Positions 26,426-38,520 are shown, counted from the stretch's first letter. The stretch is 64,000 bases of DNA from Octopus bimaculoides (GCF_001194135.2 NC_068987.1:106643439-106707438), one strand, 5' to 3'. The notes: generated by a model not told the origin, from the letters alone. Numbers and translations: made by a program.

Positions 26426-26619
26426 CGAGAAGGTCTATGAAAAGGTACAAGAATGTGGTACAAGATATCTGATGAAGGTAAACGTCTTCAAGGCTCAAAT
26501 GTTTTCATACACCCCTCGTATATATACGAGAAGGTCTATGAAAAGGTACAAAAATATGGTACAAGATATCTGATGAAGGTAAACGTCTTCAAGGCTCAAA
26601 TGTTTTCATACACCCCTCG
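26426..26619. mobile_element. Head-to-tail dimer of a 93-bp mariner-type MITE with TA flanks
   Basis: Copies at 26426-26518 and 26527-26619, nearly identical. Each is TA|CGAGAAGGTCTATGAAAA...TTTTCATACACCCCTCG|TA (imperfect TIRs), separated by (TA)4. Confidence 0.75.
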
Positions 26620-26654
26620 TAAGTCCAAATAAACATACACATATACACGTATAT

Positions 26655-26990
26655 GGAGGCGCAGACGTGGTTGTGTGGTAAGAAGCAAGCTTCCCAACTC
26701 TGTGGCTCCGGGTTCAGTTCAACCACGAAGCACCTTGAGCAAGTGTCTTGTATTATAGCCACGGGGTTACCAAAGACTTATGAATGAATTTGGTAGACGG
26801 AAACTGAAAGAAGCTATCGTATGTGTGTGTGTGTGTGTGTATTTGTCGCTCGCCGCCGGTTGACAACCGATGTTGTATATTTATGTTCCTGTAGCTCGGT
26901 AAAGAAACCGATAGGATAAGTACTAGCCTCAAAAAAGGAGTTCCATGCTCGATTTCTTCGACGAAAAATCATTGTAAGTCTACTACACCT
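26655..26990 (+). mobile_element. SINE-C, diverged
   Basis: ggcgcagacgtggttgtgtggtaagaag...tttggtagacggaaactgaaagaagc, a (TG)n tract, then gttgacaaccgatg...aagtactag. Confidence 0.75.
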
Positions 26991-27036
26991 TATAGCAGAA
27001 ACATAAGATAATAATTTCTTACTCTGTCCTCTCTCC

Positions 27037-27125
<89 letters not shown>

Positions 27126-27216
27126 NNNNNNNNNNNNNNNNNNNNNNNNNNNNNNNNNNNNNNNNNNNNNNNNNNNNNNNNNNNNNNNNNNNNNNNNNNN
27201 NNNNNNNNNNNNNNNN

Positions 27217-27264
<48 letters not shown>

Positions 27265-30200
27265 TATGAAACATGCAACGCACATAGATATCCACCACAC
27301 CTCCCATTTTGTCTAAACATTGAAAAGTAAAAAAAAACAGAAGCGTATGAAATAGTATTTCATAATACAATGTAATAGAAATTCCATTGATTTGAGACCA
27401 CCAACAGAGAGTATCTGGATTGTGTTATTGGCAGATGCAATCATTGAAATGAAAATATGTAGACGTTGTTGTGGTTGTCATGTTGTTGATACTTGTCTTG
27501 AAAGCATGGCATGTATGTATATATATATATCATTGGATGTAAGAGGGTTGTATGTGATGACAATGTTGAGGCTGAAAATGATTATATTTATTGTGTTTTT
27601 GGTAGCTACAATTGTAAGTTTAATAAAAAGACATGGCTGTCTTGTTCTTGTTCTGTTGTTGTTATTGTTGTTGGTATTAAGATGGCGGATTTGATGTCAT
27701 TATGGGTGGCAATAGAAAAGAAGACGATATGAGATTATAATTAGCAATACTGCTCTTGATATGTTTTCAATGTTAGTGCTGTAGCTGTTAGCAAATCTGA
27801 AGTCACAAATGTGGAGTTGCAATGATGAAACGTGTTTGTTCCTTTTGTTGTTGTTGCTGCTGTTATTGTTGGTGATAATGATGATGATGACTAGAAGGTG
27901 GAGGGAAGGAGGTGGAGTAGGGGGTGGAGGAGGAGGAAGAAGAAGAGGAAGACGAATAGGATTAGGATTATGATTCTAATCATATTTATCTTATGGTGAA
28001 TCTTAATCTAGCATAGTCTCTCATCAAACGTGTTCCGAACATGACCATCACGTATTTTATTCAACCACAATTTATTTAAGACTCCGTTATCCTTCTTTTC
28101 CTCAAACGTTTGTTCTGTGTTTTCAGAGAGATTTGTCTGCAGTTTCAAGCAGGAAGTGTGTCTACTGAGAGGTTGCCCCAATGGTATGTTGCATTGATAT
28201 TGCCGATTCGTTTTTTTTTTTGTCTTTTTTTCAGAACGGTGTGCGGCAAGAATAACTATGATGAAATTCATTCCAGCCGTGATCGTACTACGTGTTTTGT
28301 ATTTACCCGTAAGTCATGACCACGCTACCCAATATCTCAATTTCTAAGACAATTGAGAGTGATTTCAAGGAAATTCGGATGCTATTTCTAACAGGCTGAG
28401 AGACGAAACACTTCGCTGACTCGAGGAAATTTCAATAATTGTAAATTGAGAACATTTTCTTTGTGTCAATAATGTCATACTAATTTGTCACTTGCTGTAA
28501 GCTTTCATAGTGTTTGTATACTTGCTGTTATTGCTGATATTTGTATTGCGGTTGTTTATCTTGTGACCCGCAGTGATCCAGCGGAATTGTGATCAAAAGG
28601 AAATCAATAGTTTCATCATCGATTTACGATTCAGTCTTCCATTTCTTGAACGCTCAAGTTGTACTGCATTATAGATATTGTAGTTAAATATTAATCACCA
28701 AATATTAAATTGAAATAATGATTTAGTTGTAAATCCTTTGATATCTCAATGTGATAATTATTTACATCGTAATTTCTTCGAATAAAAACACATTAATCAC
28801 TCGTCTTTGCTAATTATCTGGGATTTTTACTGATATCTCTATGTTATATATCATTTATCCTGAAAAAAAAATTACGCCGATGATGTCTCGTGTTTCTTTT
28901 GAATATTTGTGTTAAACGACGAACGTCAAACGACGTTGGAATCAATGAAGTCTCCTCCTCGAAGAATCCCATGATCAAAAGACTATCGATTATGGCCATC
29001 CATTCATTGTTGTTATTATCAGATACAGTACATCCGGGATTCCATTGCTTCATGTGTTCGTGTTTGAAGTGGAGGAAATCCCCACATTTCTTTATATGAA
29101 AGGATCTTAGAATCACTTCACCCAACGTCTTCTTCACCGAGGTATGGTTTGCAAGTGATTTAGTTGCTATATCTAGGAAGTCGTTGAATCATATCTGAAG
29201 TATATCTGGTAGAAACTTGTATATCTTTATATTCTATCTTATTTCAAACCAGGTGTATGTTTGCTATTCATAATACTTCGGTTAACTTCAGGTGATTACT
29301 GATGGTGCGCTATATCGCATGAAGGTGAGACCAAAGAGGTTGGTACATAGATGTTTGTTTGTTTAGTCACAAATGACCTCGGATCTGTCAGAAATATATT
29401 TTGAAAGGTGTTACGACCTTCACCATCTTGTCTTTTCTTCCTATATTGTAGAAATAAGATCGAATCTTGCAATTTATCTTTCCTTTTATAAGACAGTAGT
29501 CAACGATTTTAGTGAAATTTGTATGCTATTTCTCGTGGTTTGTTAAAATTATTTAGCCCCAGGCCAACCATGTCGTGGCTGACTAATGATCAAAGCAATC
29601 TAAATGCTGGCGCACACATCTGTTGTGTTTTACTTTTCTTTCTTCGCGACTTGAGTCTGGATTACAATACTCAATTTCCTTTTATTAAGACAGCCGAGTG
29701 TTTAGTTCACGGGAGAGTTCATTGTGCTTCCCAGAAGGTCGGGCAGCTTTTAGAGGGTTCTCTCGATGGTTCATCACTAAATATATTGCAATGAGAGTGA
29801 GCAAAACTAGTTAAGCGCCATGCAAGGAACAATAGACACCACAACGATCACCCATAAGCTTTCCTTAACCACAATGTCATATATTTTGGTGATTGCGTTG
29901 CAATAGTACTTTTCTTCTATATGAATCCTGTCCCATGTAGAGACTTTGAACAAGGGCTACTCAGAAACATATGTCAGTTATACAATCTCGACCTTATTTA
30001 CAATAATAATTCAATGTACATAGGTGATTTTATAACTATGCTGTTGATTGTTTTCTACCGTCAGGACATCGTATCAAATGCTTTTGCCTTGTTCCGATGA
30101 TAGTGATGAAAAAATATTATTGTATTTAATTTCTCCCTTCTCCCTATTGGCGTTTCTGGAATACAGTAGTAATTGCCTCTTCTGCTGGATTCGGAGCCTT

Positions 30201-30709
30201 CACGCCTCTTATCCCATTTATGCATACCACACATTTTAACTTTATTGGCCTGTCACAGTTAGTGACCAAGATGTTACAATATATCTTATCTATGTGAATT
30301 AACGAGGCATTTTGTCATTACATTTCCTTTACTTATGTGTTTCTATGATCTTATGTCAAATTAGTATTGTTTATTGCCTTTAAGCCACCACCATTTATTT
30401 GTTTTATAGACCGTATCTGCCTATGTACAATGTAATACATTGTTGATAGCTATGAGTGGTGGATATTTCATTTAATATTGCAAGAACTTGTATAATCTAT
30501 ATATATTTATGCATGTATGATCCAGGATGTTGATTGATGTCACAATTCCACCAGTCATCGAAAGATTCCTAACTGCTAAATAAATGTGGTGCGCTCATCT
30601 TTATTCCTTACATCATTTTATTTCATATTCCGAAATGGATAAAATATTCATATAAACGGTACATTTCACGGATATTCAGTTTGCATTGAATATTTTTGTG
30701 TTAACATGA

Positions 30710-30740
<31 letters not shown>

Positions 30741-31849
30741 NNNNNNNNNNNNNNNNNNNNNNNNNNNNNNNNNNNNNNNNNNNNNNNNNNNNNNNNNNNN
30801 NNNNNNNNNNNNNNNNNNNNNNNNNNNNNNNNNNNNNNNNNNNNNNNNNNNNNNNNNNNNNNNNNNNNNNNNNNNNNNNNNNNNNNNNNNNNNNNNNNNN
30901 NNNNNNNNNNNNNNNNNNNNNNNNNNNNNNNNNNNNNNNNNNNNNNNNNNNNNNNNNNNNNNNNNNNNNNNNNNNNNNNNNNNNNNNNNNNNNNNNNNNN
31001 NNNNNNNNNNNNNNNNNNNNNNNNNNNNNNNNNNNNNNNNNNNNNNNNNNNNNNNNNNNNNNNNNNNNNNNNNNNNNNNNNNNNNNNNNNNNNNNNNNNN
31101 NNNNNNNNNNNNNNNNNNNNNNNNNNNNNNNNNNNTCACAGCGCTGTTTTATCAACTTCGGAACCTGCCACTGTCAAGGTAAGTGACATCTATATATACA
31201 TACAACACACACACACACAAAACCTTGTGAAATTCAGCTACTTAGATTTTCTTGGACCCGAGCATTAAATATATTTCATCATGCTGATATCATCAAGAGA
31301 ACATAAATCAGTGAACCACAAATGTTAGGAGGCTTTTAAAAAGGGTGAATATTTTGTGCTACAACATTGGGATGTGTTATGGTTTGTCTGGTGATTTATG
31401 GTTAATTCTCGCGAAAATATATTTTGAAAAATGCGGACATGTGGAGAAAAATTCGCTTTTAGTACTCATACAATCCATTATAAAGCCATTATGAAAAACG
31501 TACAACGAAAATTACAGAAAAACCAAAAGAAAAACGAATCGAAATGATACATGGAAATCGACCCCAGGGGAACCAGACAAAAGTATCAGACTTCTAATTG
31601 TCCAAATATGTGCGGAGATGAACTCAAAATCATCCCAAATGCACACTGGGAATCTGTATGCTCCAATGTCAAAATATAACTTTACTCTTAAAGAACACAA
31701 CAAGTATAGAAGACAACTATCAATATGTGATCCCAAATACCCTAGATGCATAAATGCATAGGGAGAAAGACAAAGAAGTAAAAGGGGAATAAAGAAGTCA
31801 TAATGCAAATGGACTTCGTGGAAGCTTAAGATACCCACTATTAGCGACC

Positions 31850-32760
31850 CTCGATGCCAAATATCCCGGATTTCCAAACAAGCATACAAGAAGATGGAAA
31901 GAAGACAGACCCTGTATGCGACGTATTTCAGACTTGAAATATTCTCTCAGAGAGACAATATTACAACTCTGTTTGATTTGAGGGAAAAGACAAACGGGCC
32001 CCAGATTCGACAGGACATGAAATGTAAGTATACCCACAGAAAATATATGCCATAGAATTATAAATTTAGCGAAAAGAAACTGAAAAAAGATGAAATGATT
32101 CTTTTATTGGAAGGTTTCAAATTAACCCCTACACTTAAATCTTATCGCATAGAACTAAAAGCCGCTATTGAACATTTTAGTCGACACTTCCGCCTTCTAC
32201 AATTCTTTGGCAAGCAGAACGTAAATGACGAGTGAATCATCAGAAATAAATCCTACCTCACTCCTATCCGGATGAGTGACAAACATCTTGATACATATAT
32301 AGACACGATTTCCAAATTTTCTCTTAGTCCCTTGAAATGCAAGCGAAACATCCGTAAAGAGGAAAAGGAAGGTTTACTAACTTTGAAGAACGACAACCCA
32401 ATCATCCTAAAAGAAAGTGATAAGCGGAGAGCGATAGTGATTAAGGACAGGTACCATTATATAGACAAAATATTAGAACAGCTAACAATCCTAAACTACT
32501 ATAGGGAAGAAGCAAGATTCTAGAACAATCAATAATGAAAAAAAAAATCTGAACATTATTTAACCAACGCCCAGATGAAGAAATAGATTACTTGTGTAAC
32601 TCCGAAATTAAAGAGAGCGTTTCTATGGATTACTCAATGTCCACAAAAGCTCGGAAATAGAGAAAGCTATAAGTGAACAGAAGAACAAATACATAAAGAT
32701 ATTAAGACCCACTGATCTTAAACCGAGACTAATAATTGCAGAACAGATTTACAACAATAC
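31850..32760 (+). mobile_element. Penelope-like element fragment (pre-RT and RT N-terminus), degenerate
   Basis: Broken translation gives E.ILLLEGFKLTPT...IEHFSRHFRLLQFF, NIRKEEKEGLLTLKNDNPIILKESDKRRAIVIKDRYHY (cf. IIIKEADKG.AIV) and YGLLNVHKS...DLKPRLIIA (cf. YGLPKVHK...RPI), the canonical PLE order. Confidence 0.8.
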
Positions 32761-33499
32761 TGGGGGCAATGAAGACGAAAGTCTATTGTCCATATCTTAC
32801 AACTTTTTGTTATTCTTTTCATTTGGAAGTTGAGAAACGATATGGAAATCAAGAGTTGAATAATGATTTGTAAAAGTTGTTCCCTGGAAATTTGATTGAG
32901 AAAATCTTAAATCACAATGGACTACATAGAACAGGTATGAGGTTTGTCGTTCATCCGACCAATAAAACGTAACTTATTGATCTATTATCAAACACCGACC
33001 CAATTATTGATACCGTCGCAACTATCTGTCTTGTAGGAATGAGCGCCAATAATGAAACGCCAATCGCGCAAACAACAGCACAATCAGTAGTATCGAAACC
33101 AGCACTGACAATCTCAGGATCTACAATAACTGTGAGAACATTACCACCACCAATAGTACATCTGATGAAGAAATCACTTCTTACCGGTTGCTGGAAACCA
33201 CCTTCAAACAACGTATAACCTTACTACTTGGCGTACTATTACAATGGGATATGACAGTAGTTGAAAGATATTTTTGAATTTCTCACAGGAAGCGCATGGG
33301 GAAAATACGGAAAAAACTTCATTCCAGCAATAAAGAAGTGTTCACTCCAGTGAAAGAGGACTGAAGATGGTAAAGTAGAGTTCTCAGTTGGATTATGTGG
33401 TCGGCATCTGAAATTCAGTGTTCTCCGAAACAGAAACCAGGCTGTCATAAACGCTATTACAGAATATTTGTGTGGTAGGATTTTCTTGAATATATTAAT

Positions 33500-33625
33500 C
33501 GTTTCTACTGCAGGCCTGATATTTTGCGGTCTTTGGTTAGTTGATTACGTCTAAACCAGTGCTCAACCTATCGACCTCAAAAGGATAAAAGGCAAAGTCG
33601 ACTTCACCGGCATTTAAGTTCAGGG
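33500..33625 (-). mobile_element. SINE-A body, highly diverged
   Basis: tatcgacctcaaaaggataaaaggcaaagtcgacttcaccggcatttaagttcag is the reverse complement of the SINE-A body. Confidence 0.6.
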
Positions 33626-33833
33626 GGTAAATACATTTGATGAGCAAAAATGAATATGATCAGATATACTAGGGTTACTCTAAAGGAAGACTCTTTATAA
33701 AAACAACTCTTCATATGCTAGCAAATGAGTTTTGCATAGGATTGGGTTGTTTCGCTGAGTGACCTCCCCATAATATATTCAATTAGAAACAACTGGCATT
33801 GCTGTAAGACAGTAACAAGCAGAAATGTTAGTT

Positions 33834-34068
33834 AAGGCGGCGAGCTGGCAGAATCGTTAGCACGCCGGGCGAAATGCTTAGCAGTATTTCGTCTGCCGCT
33901 ACATTTTGAGTTAAAATTCCGCCGAGGTCGATTTTGCCTTTCATCATTTTGGGGGGTCGATTAAATAAGTACCAGTTACACACTGTGGTCGATACAAGCG
34001 ACTTAATCCGTTTGCCTGTCCTTGTTTGTCCGCTCTGTGTGTAGCGCCTTGTGGGCAGTAAAGAAATA
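33834..34068 (+). mobile_element. SINE-A variant with a Tx1-like 3' tail and a 13-bp TSD
   Basis: SINE-A head and body, then cttaatccgtttgcctgtccttgtttgtccgctctgtgtgtagcgccttgtgggcagtaaagaaat instead of the usual tail. AGAAATGTTAGTT is duplicated at 33821-33833 and 34069-34081. Confidence 0.85.
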
Positions 34069-35001
34069 AGAAATGTTAGTTTGTCAAGACAAAATAACTG
34101 ATGGCTTTTAGTGACAGCCTTTTAATTTAATTTTCCCAAGGTTATCTTTCTTTAATTATTCTGGTGTCGTTAAAATAGAGTACCACTTAAATAATATCCT
34201 CGATTTTATCTGTTACTTCCCTCCTTCAAATTGCGTCTTTTTCTAAAATTAAGCTAGCATGGCAATGAATTATTTTAAGGTGGTATGCAAAGAGAAACTT
34301 GTTGGAGTACCAGAGATAATAACCTGTGGTAGTCATGGTTATTTAAGTAATGGGTTCAAATCCTGTCGAACAAAACTCTGATTTCATTCGTTCGAGGTTC
34401 ATAAGTATATTTTCCCTAATTTTTGGCTTTGTGCATATTTAGCAACAAATATCTAAGAGTTATTCTCTATTATAGCTGTAACAATGAAATATCTGGAGAG
34501 ATTTACATGGAAGTCATCCTAGACATTGATAGAATTCAATAACATTAAAGCAACTTGATATTTCCTCCCTTGTCTGTACCTTAATGCCACATGTCGATAT
34601 CTTTGAATAATGGCTTTAGGTAATTTCATTGAGAAGTCAGTAAGTTTCTAAACCGACTCAGCTTCTTTCTACCATAAGAAATTATAATCACTGGTGGTGC
34701 TTCATCAATTATTTATCATTATTGTCACTGTTGTCATGAAAAATGACGCTGGGGTGTTGGCTTCTTCGTGTGTGAATGTTTGAACGCCGGATAACAGTTT
34801 CTATGCTAACGCTCAATAGAAGTATCTTCACTTTGCGAGGTCAAGTTTTAAGACACATGGAGGTTATTTGGAATATCACAAGTTGTTCGGATTAAGTTCG
34901 AATTGTGGTGACATGTACATACATACATGCATGCATACATACACATATATATAGAGAGAGATACATACACACACAGACACACAAGCACATATAATTATAT
35001 G

Positions 35002-35048
<47 letters not shown>

Positions 35049-35177
35049 ATATATACATATCTATATCTGTGTGTATGTGTATGTTTGTATATATATATAT
35101 TTGAAGGTTTGGAGGTGATGTACAGAAATTATATAGAAAAAAATTAAGTAAGGTACTCAGAAATCTGGATGTTTGTA

Positions 35178-35312
35178 CATTTACAGATTTTTATTAATGT
35201 CACATATTAAATGAAGCGCTTTTCACCTAGTCGTGTAGGTTTTTCAAAAACCTACACGACTAGGTGAAAAGCGCTTCATTTAATATGTGACATTAATAAA
35301 AATCTGTAAATG
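35178..35312. repeat. Perfect inverted repeat with 67-bp arms and a 1-nt spacer at 35245
   Basis: catttacag...gtaggttttt C aaaaacctac...ctgtaaatg; runs directly into a gap. Confidence 0.95.
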
Positions 35313-36144
35313 NNNNNNNNNNNNNNNNNNNNNNNNNNNNNNNNNNNNNNNNNNNNNNNNNNNNNNNNNNNNNNNNNNNNNNNNNNNNNNNNNNNNNNNN
35401 NNNNNNNNNNNNNNNNNNNNNNNNNNNNNNNNNNNNNNNNNNNNNNNNNNNNNNNNNNNNNNNNNNNNNNNNNNNNNNNNNNNNNNNNNNNNNNNNNNNN
35501 NNNNNNNNNNNNNNNNNNNNNNNNNNNNNNNNNNNNNNNNNNNNNNNNNNNNNNNNNNNNNNNNNNNNNNNNNNNNNNNNNNNNNNNNNNNNNNNNNNNN
35601 NNNNNNNNNNNNNNNNNNNNNNNNNNNNNNNNNNNNNNNNNNNNNNNNNNNNNNNNNNNNNNNNNNNNNNNNNNNNNNNNNNNNNNNNNNNNNNNNNNNN
35701 NNNNNNNNNNNNNNNNNNNNNNNNNNNNNNNNNNNNNNNNNNNNNNNNNNNNNNNNNNNNNNNNNNNNNNNNNNNNNNNNNNNNNNNNNNNNNNNNNNNN
35801 NNNNNNNNNNNNNNNNNNNNNNNNNNNNNNNNNNNNNNNNNNNNNNNNNNNNNNNNNNNNNNNNNNNNNNNNNNNNNNNNNNNNNNNNNNNNNNNNNNNN
35901 NNNNNNNNNNNNNNNNNNNNNNNNNNNNNNNNNNNNNNNNNNNGTACAAAATTCATTTATTTACGTATAAATAAATGAAGTTCGTACGAAACGTATGCAC
36001 TGCTATAACCTATTGAATTTTTGTTGCTTTTATTCAAATTTTATTCACCAAATATCTTGATTTTGTTTTTGGTTTTTACCCTACCAAATTCTGGTGCCTC
36101 AAACATTTTAAGTACCACTTTTAGTCTTTTGATTAAATCTATAT

Positions 36145-36174
<30 letters not shown>

Positions 36175-36175
<1 letters not shown>

Positions 36176-36285
36176 CGATGGTCTTCTTTCAGTTTTCTCT
36201 ACCAAATCCACTCACACGGCTGTGGTCGGTCCGAGGCTATACTGGAAGACACCTACCCAAGGTGCAACGCTGTGGGAAGATATAA
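36175..36285 (-). mobile_element. SINE-C 5' fragment
   Basis: ttctttcagttttctctaccaaatccactcac...gaggctatactggaagacacctacccaaggtgc is the reverse complement of SINE-C. Confidence 0.7.
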
Positions 36286-36802
36286 CAAGCATCTGAAGTC
36301 ATATACATTATTTTATATTATTCTTAAATTTGTTGAGGTCTTACAGCTGTTTCTGTGATATCCCAAATGATAGGCGAGTATGACTGAATATGGGGTATTG
36401 CGTCATCGGGAACAAGTAGAGAACATATAAAAGATCTGGACATGGTCATATCTAGTTAAAAGATCTAGACATGGAAAATTTGCAGATAATAAGCAATGAA
36501 ATAAAAGAGTAGAGAGTAAGGAAATAAGGAAATAAACTTCAGAGTTCATTTTTCAGAGGGTATGGATGTTAGTCCGTATGGCCATAGGTAACATCCACTG
36601 TAAATCCAGGCAGTAGTACGGGAAAGTATGAGTAGTGTGTTCACAGAATAAATATCCAGGCAATGTTTTGGCAGAAACGGGAATGGCGTATTCATATTGA
36701 GATGGCTGGTTTTTGAGAGAATGTCCATGAAAGTGGCTATTGAGCAAAGTGGAAGGAGAAAGAGAAAGAAAATAGAAAGAACGCGAAAGAGAGGTTAATG
36801 AG

Positions 36803-36812
36803 TAGAGAGAGA

Positions 36813-36900
<88 letters not shown>
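36803..36900. repeat. (GA)n microsatellite
   Basis: Directly visible. Confidence 0.95.
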
Positions 36901-36904
<4 letters not shown>

Positions 36905-37470
36905 GAGGTAGCGTGTGGAGATAGAGAGAGGAGTAAGGTAAGTGGCAGAATATTAGCAAAAATTGGTCAGAAGTAATGGCTAGAAGAATCAAAATAAAGA
37001 AAGAAATAAAAGAAATATCAAAATATAGAGTAATACATATAAAGAATAAAAATATATAAAATAAAAATATATGAAATAAAAATAAAATATATAAAAAGGT
37101 AGAATTAAAAATAAGGGTACAGATAAAAGAAAAGAGGAAGATTATAGAAAATAGAAGGATCAAAGAGAATAGGAAAAGAGATAAAGAGAATAATACATGT
37201 GAGCACCATTCCTCAAGTTTAGGGTTGGAGCAAGAGGTCAAGCCGTAAGTATATGTATCTGTTGAACAGATGAAGTTCGAGTTGTTTGATCAGTAGTTAT
37301 AGATATATTCTTACACATGGGCGTATGAATACATTTAAGGAGGGATGGGGAAGCAGGCATGAATGGAGAAAGCAGTTAACTATTTGTTTAGGAATAAAAG
37401 TCACAGTTTAAGATTTGGAGATCTAAAAGGTTAAGGTTTAAAGTTTAGGAGATTAAATTAAAACCAGCAT

Positions 37471-37870
37471 GAGTGGCTGTGTGGTAAGTAGCTTACTTAC
37501 CAACCACATGGTTCCGGGTTCATGTCAACTGCATGACACCTTTGGTATCTGTCTTCTACTATAGCCTCGGGCCGACCAAGGCCTTGTGAGTGGATTTGGT
37601 AGACGGAAACTGAAAGAAACCCGTCGTATATATGTATGTGTGTGTATATGTTTGTGTGTCTGTTTGTCCCCCCAGCATCGCTTGACAACCGATGCTGGTG
37701 TGTTCACGTCCCCGTAACTTAGCAGTTCGGCAAAAGAGACCGATAGAATAAGTATTAGGCTTCCAAAGATTAAGTCCTGGGGTCGATTTGCTCGACTGAA
37801 AAGCGGTGCTCCAGCATGGCCGCAGTCAAATGACTGAAACAAGTAAAAGACTAAAAAGAGTAAAAGAGTA
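37471..37870 (+). mobile_element. SINE-C, full-length
   Basis: tRNA-like head (gtggctgtgtggtaag...gttccgggttca), core, internal (TA/TG)n tract, and 3' region ending tgactgaaacaagtaaaagactaaaaagagtaaaagagta. Confidence 0.85.
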
Positions 37871-38029
37871 GGTTAAAGTAAGGAATTAGAAGTTAATTTC
37901 TAAGATTCTAATTTTAATGGAGAAGATAATGAAGGGATAGGCATAGGTATATCATAACGACCATGGAAATATGCAAGTAAGAGTTATGTGTGCGGGATAA
38001 GTTTACACTTGGACTTGTGGGAAAATTTA

Positions 38030-38520
38030 AATGTGCGGAACATTATGTGTTTACAGGTTGTGAATGCTTCGTTATGTTAGTTGAGTAATTGTGGTGAGTT
38101 ATGAGTTAATTTCTGGAGAGCCTCCTTTAGGAAGAGTCCACATATGGAGCGCTGGCGTGATATAGGACCCCGGAGTCTATTATAGCCCAGGATGTCCTAT
38201 ACTGTATTTTCATATTACATAGATGGTGTGTGTGGCTGGCTACGAATGTGGAGTTGCTATGCTCTTTGTATATTTGCAGAATATCTTTGCTTGAAAATAA
38301 TGGTAGATCCGTTATAGTAGATAGAGGAATTATTTAATATGTTGTGGACAGTGCATTTGTATACCACGTTGAACCTTCTGCAATGGACTTGCAACGGGCA
38401 ATCGGTCCCAGAGCCGCAGCTGCAACTATCTGTTCTAAGTTGGTCTGTTGGAGAGAGGGATGAAGTCATGCGATTTAAGGACAAGTTGAAGGCTAGGGTT
38501 GTATTAGGTGATAGGCTCAT
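38030..38520 (-). mobile_element. Penelope-like GIY-YIG endonuclease 3' fragment
   Basis: Minus strand reads DSCSCGSGTDCPLQVHCRRFNVVYKCTV...IYYNGSTIIFKQRY...SWAIID...CGLFLKEAL...LLN*HNEAFTTCKH, matching the PLE endonuclease pattern C.C...CPL.G.C...VVY.C.V...YIG.T...FK.RY...C.LCL.E...LLN...E...C.H. Confidence 0.8.

Noticed and set aside
28844-29137. 97-aa minus-strand ORF (…FKHEHMKQWNPGCTVSD…)
   Set aside because: No recognisable motif or clear splice sites; cannot be supported as coding without a search.
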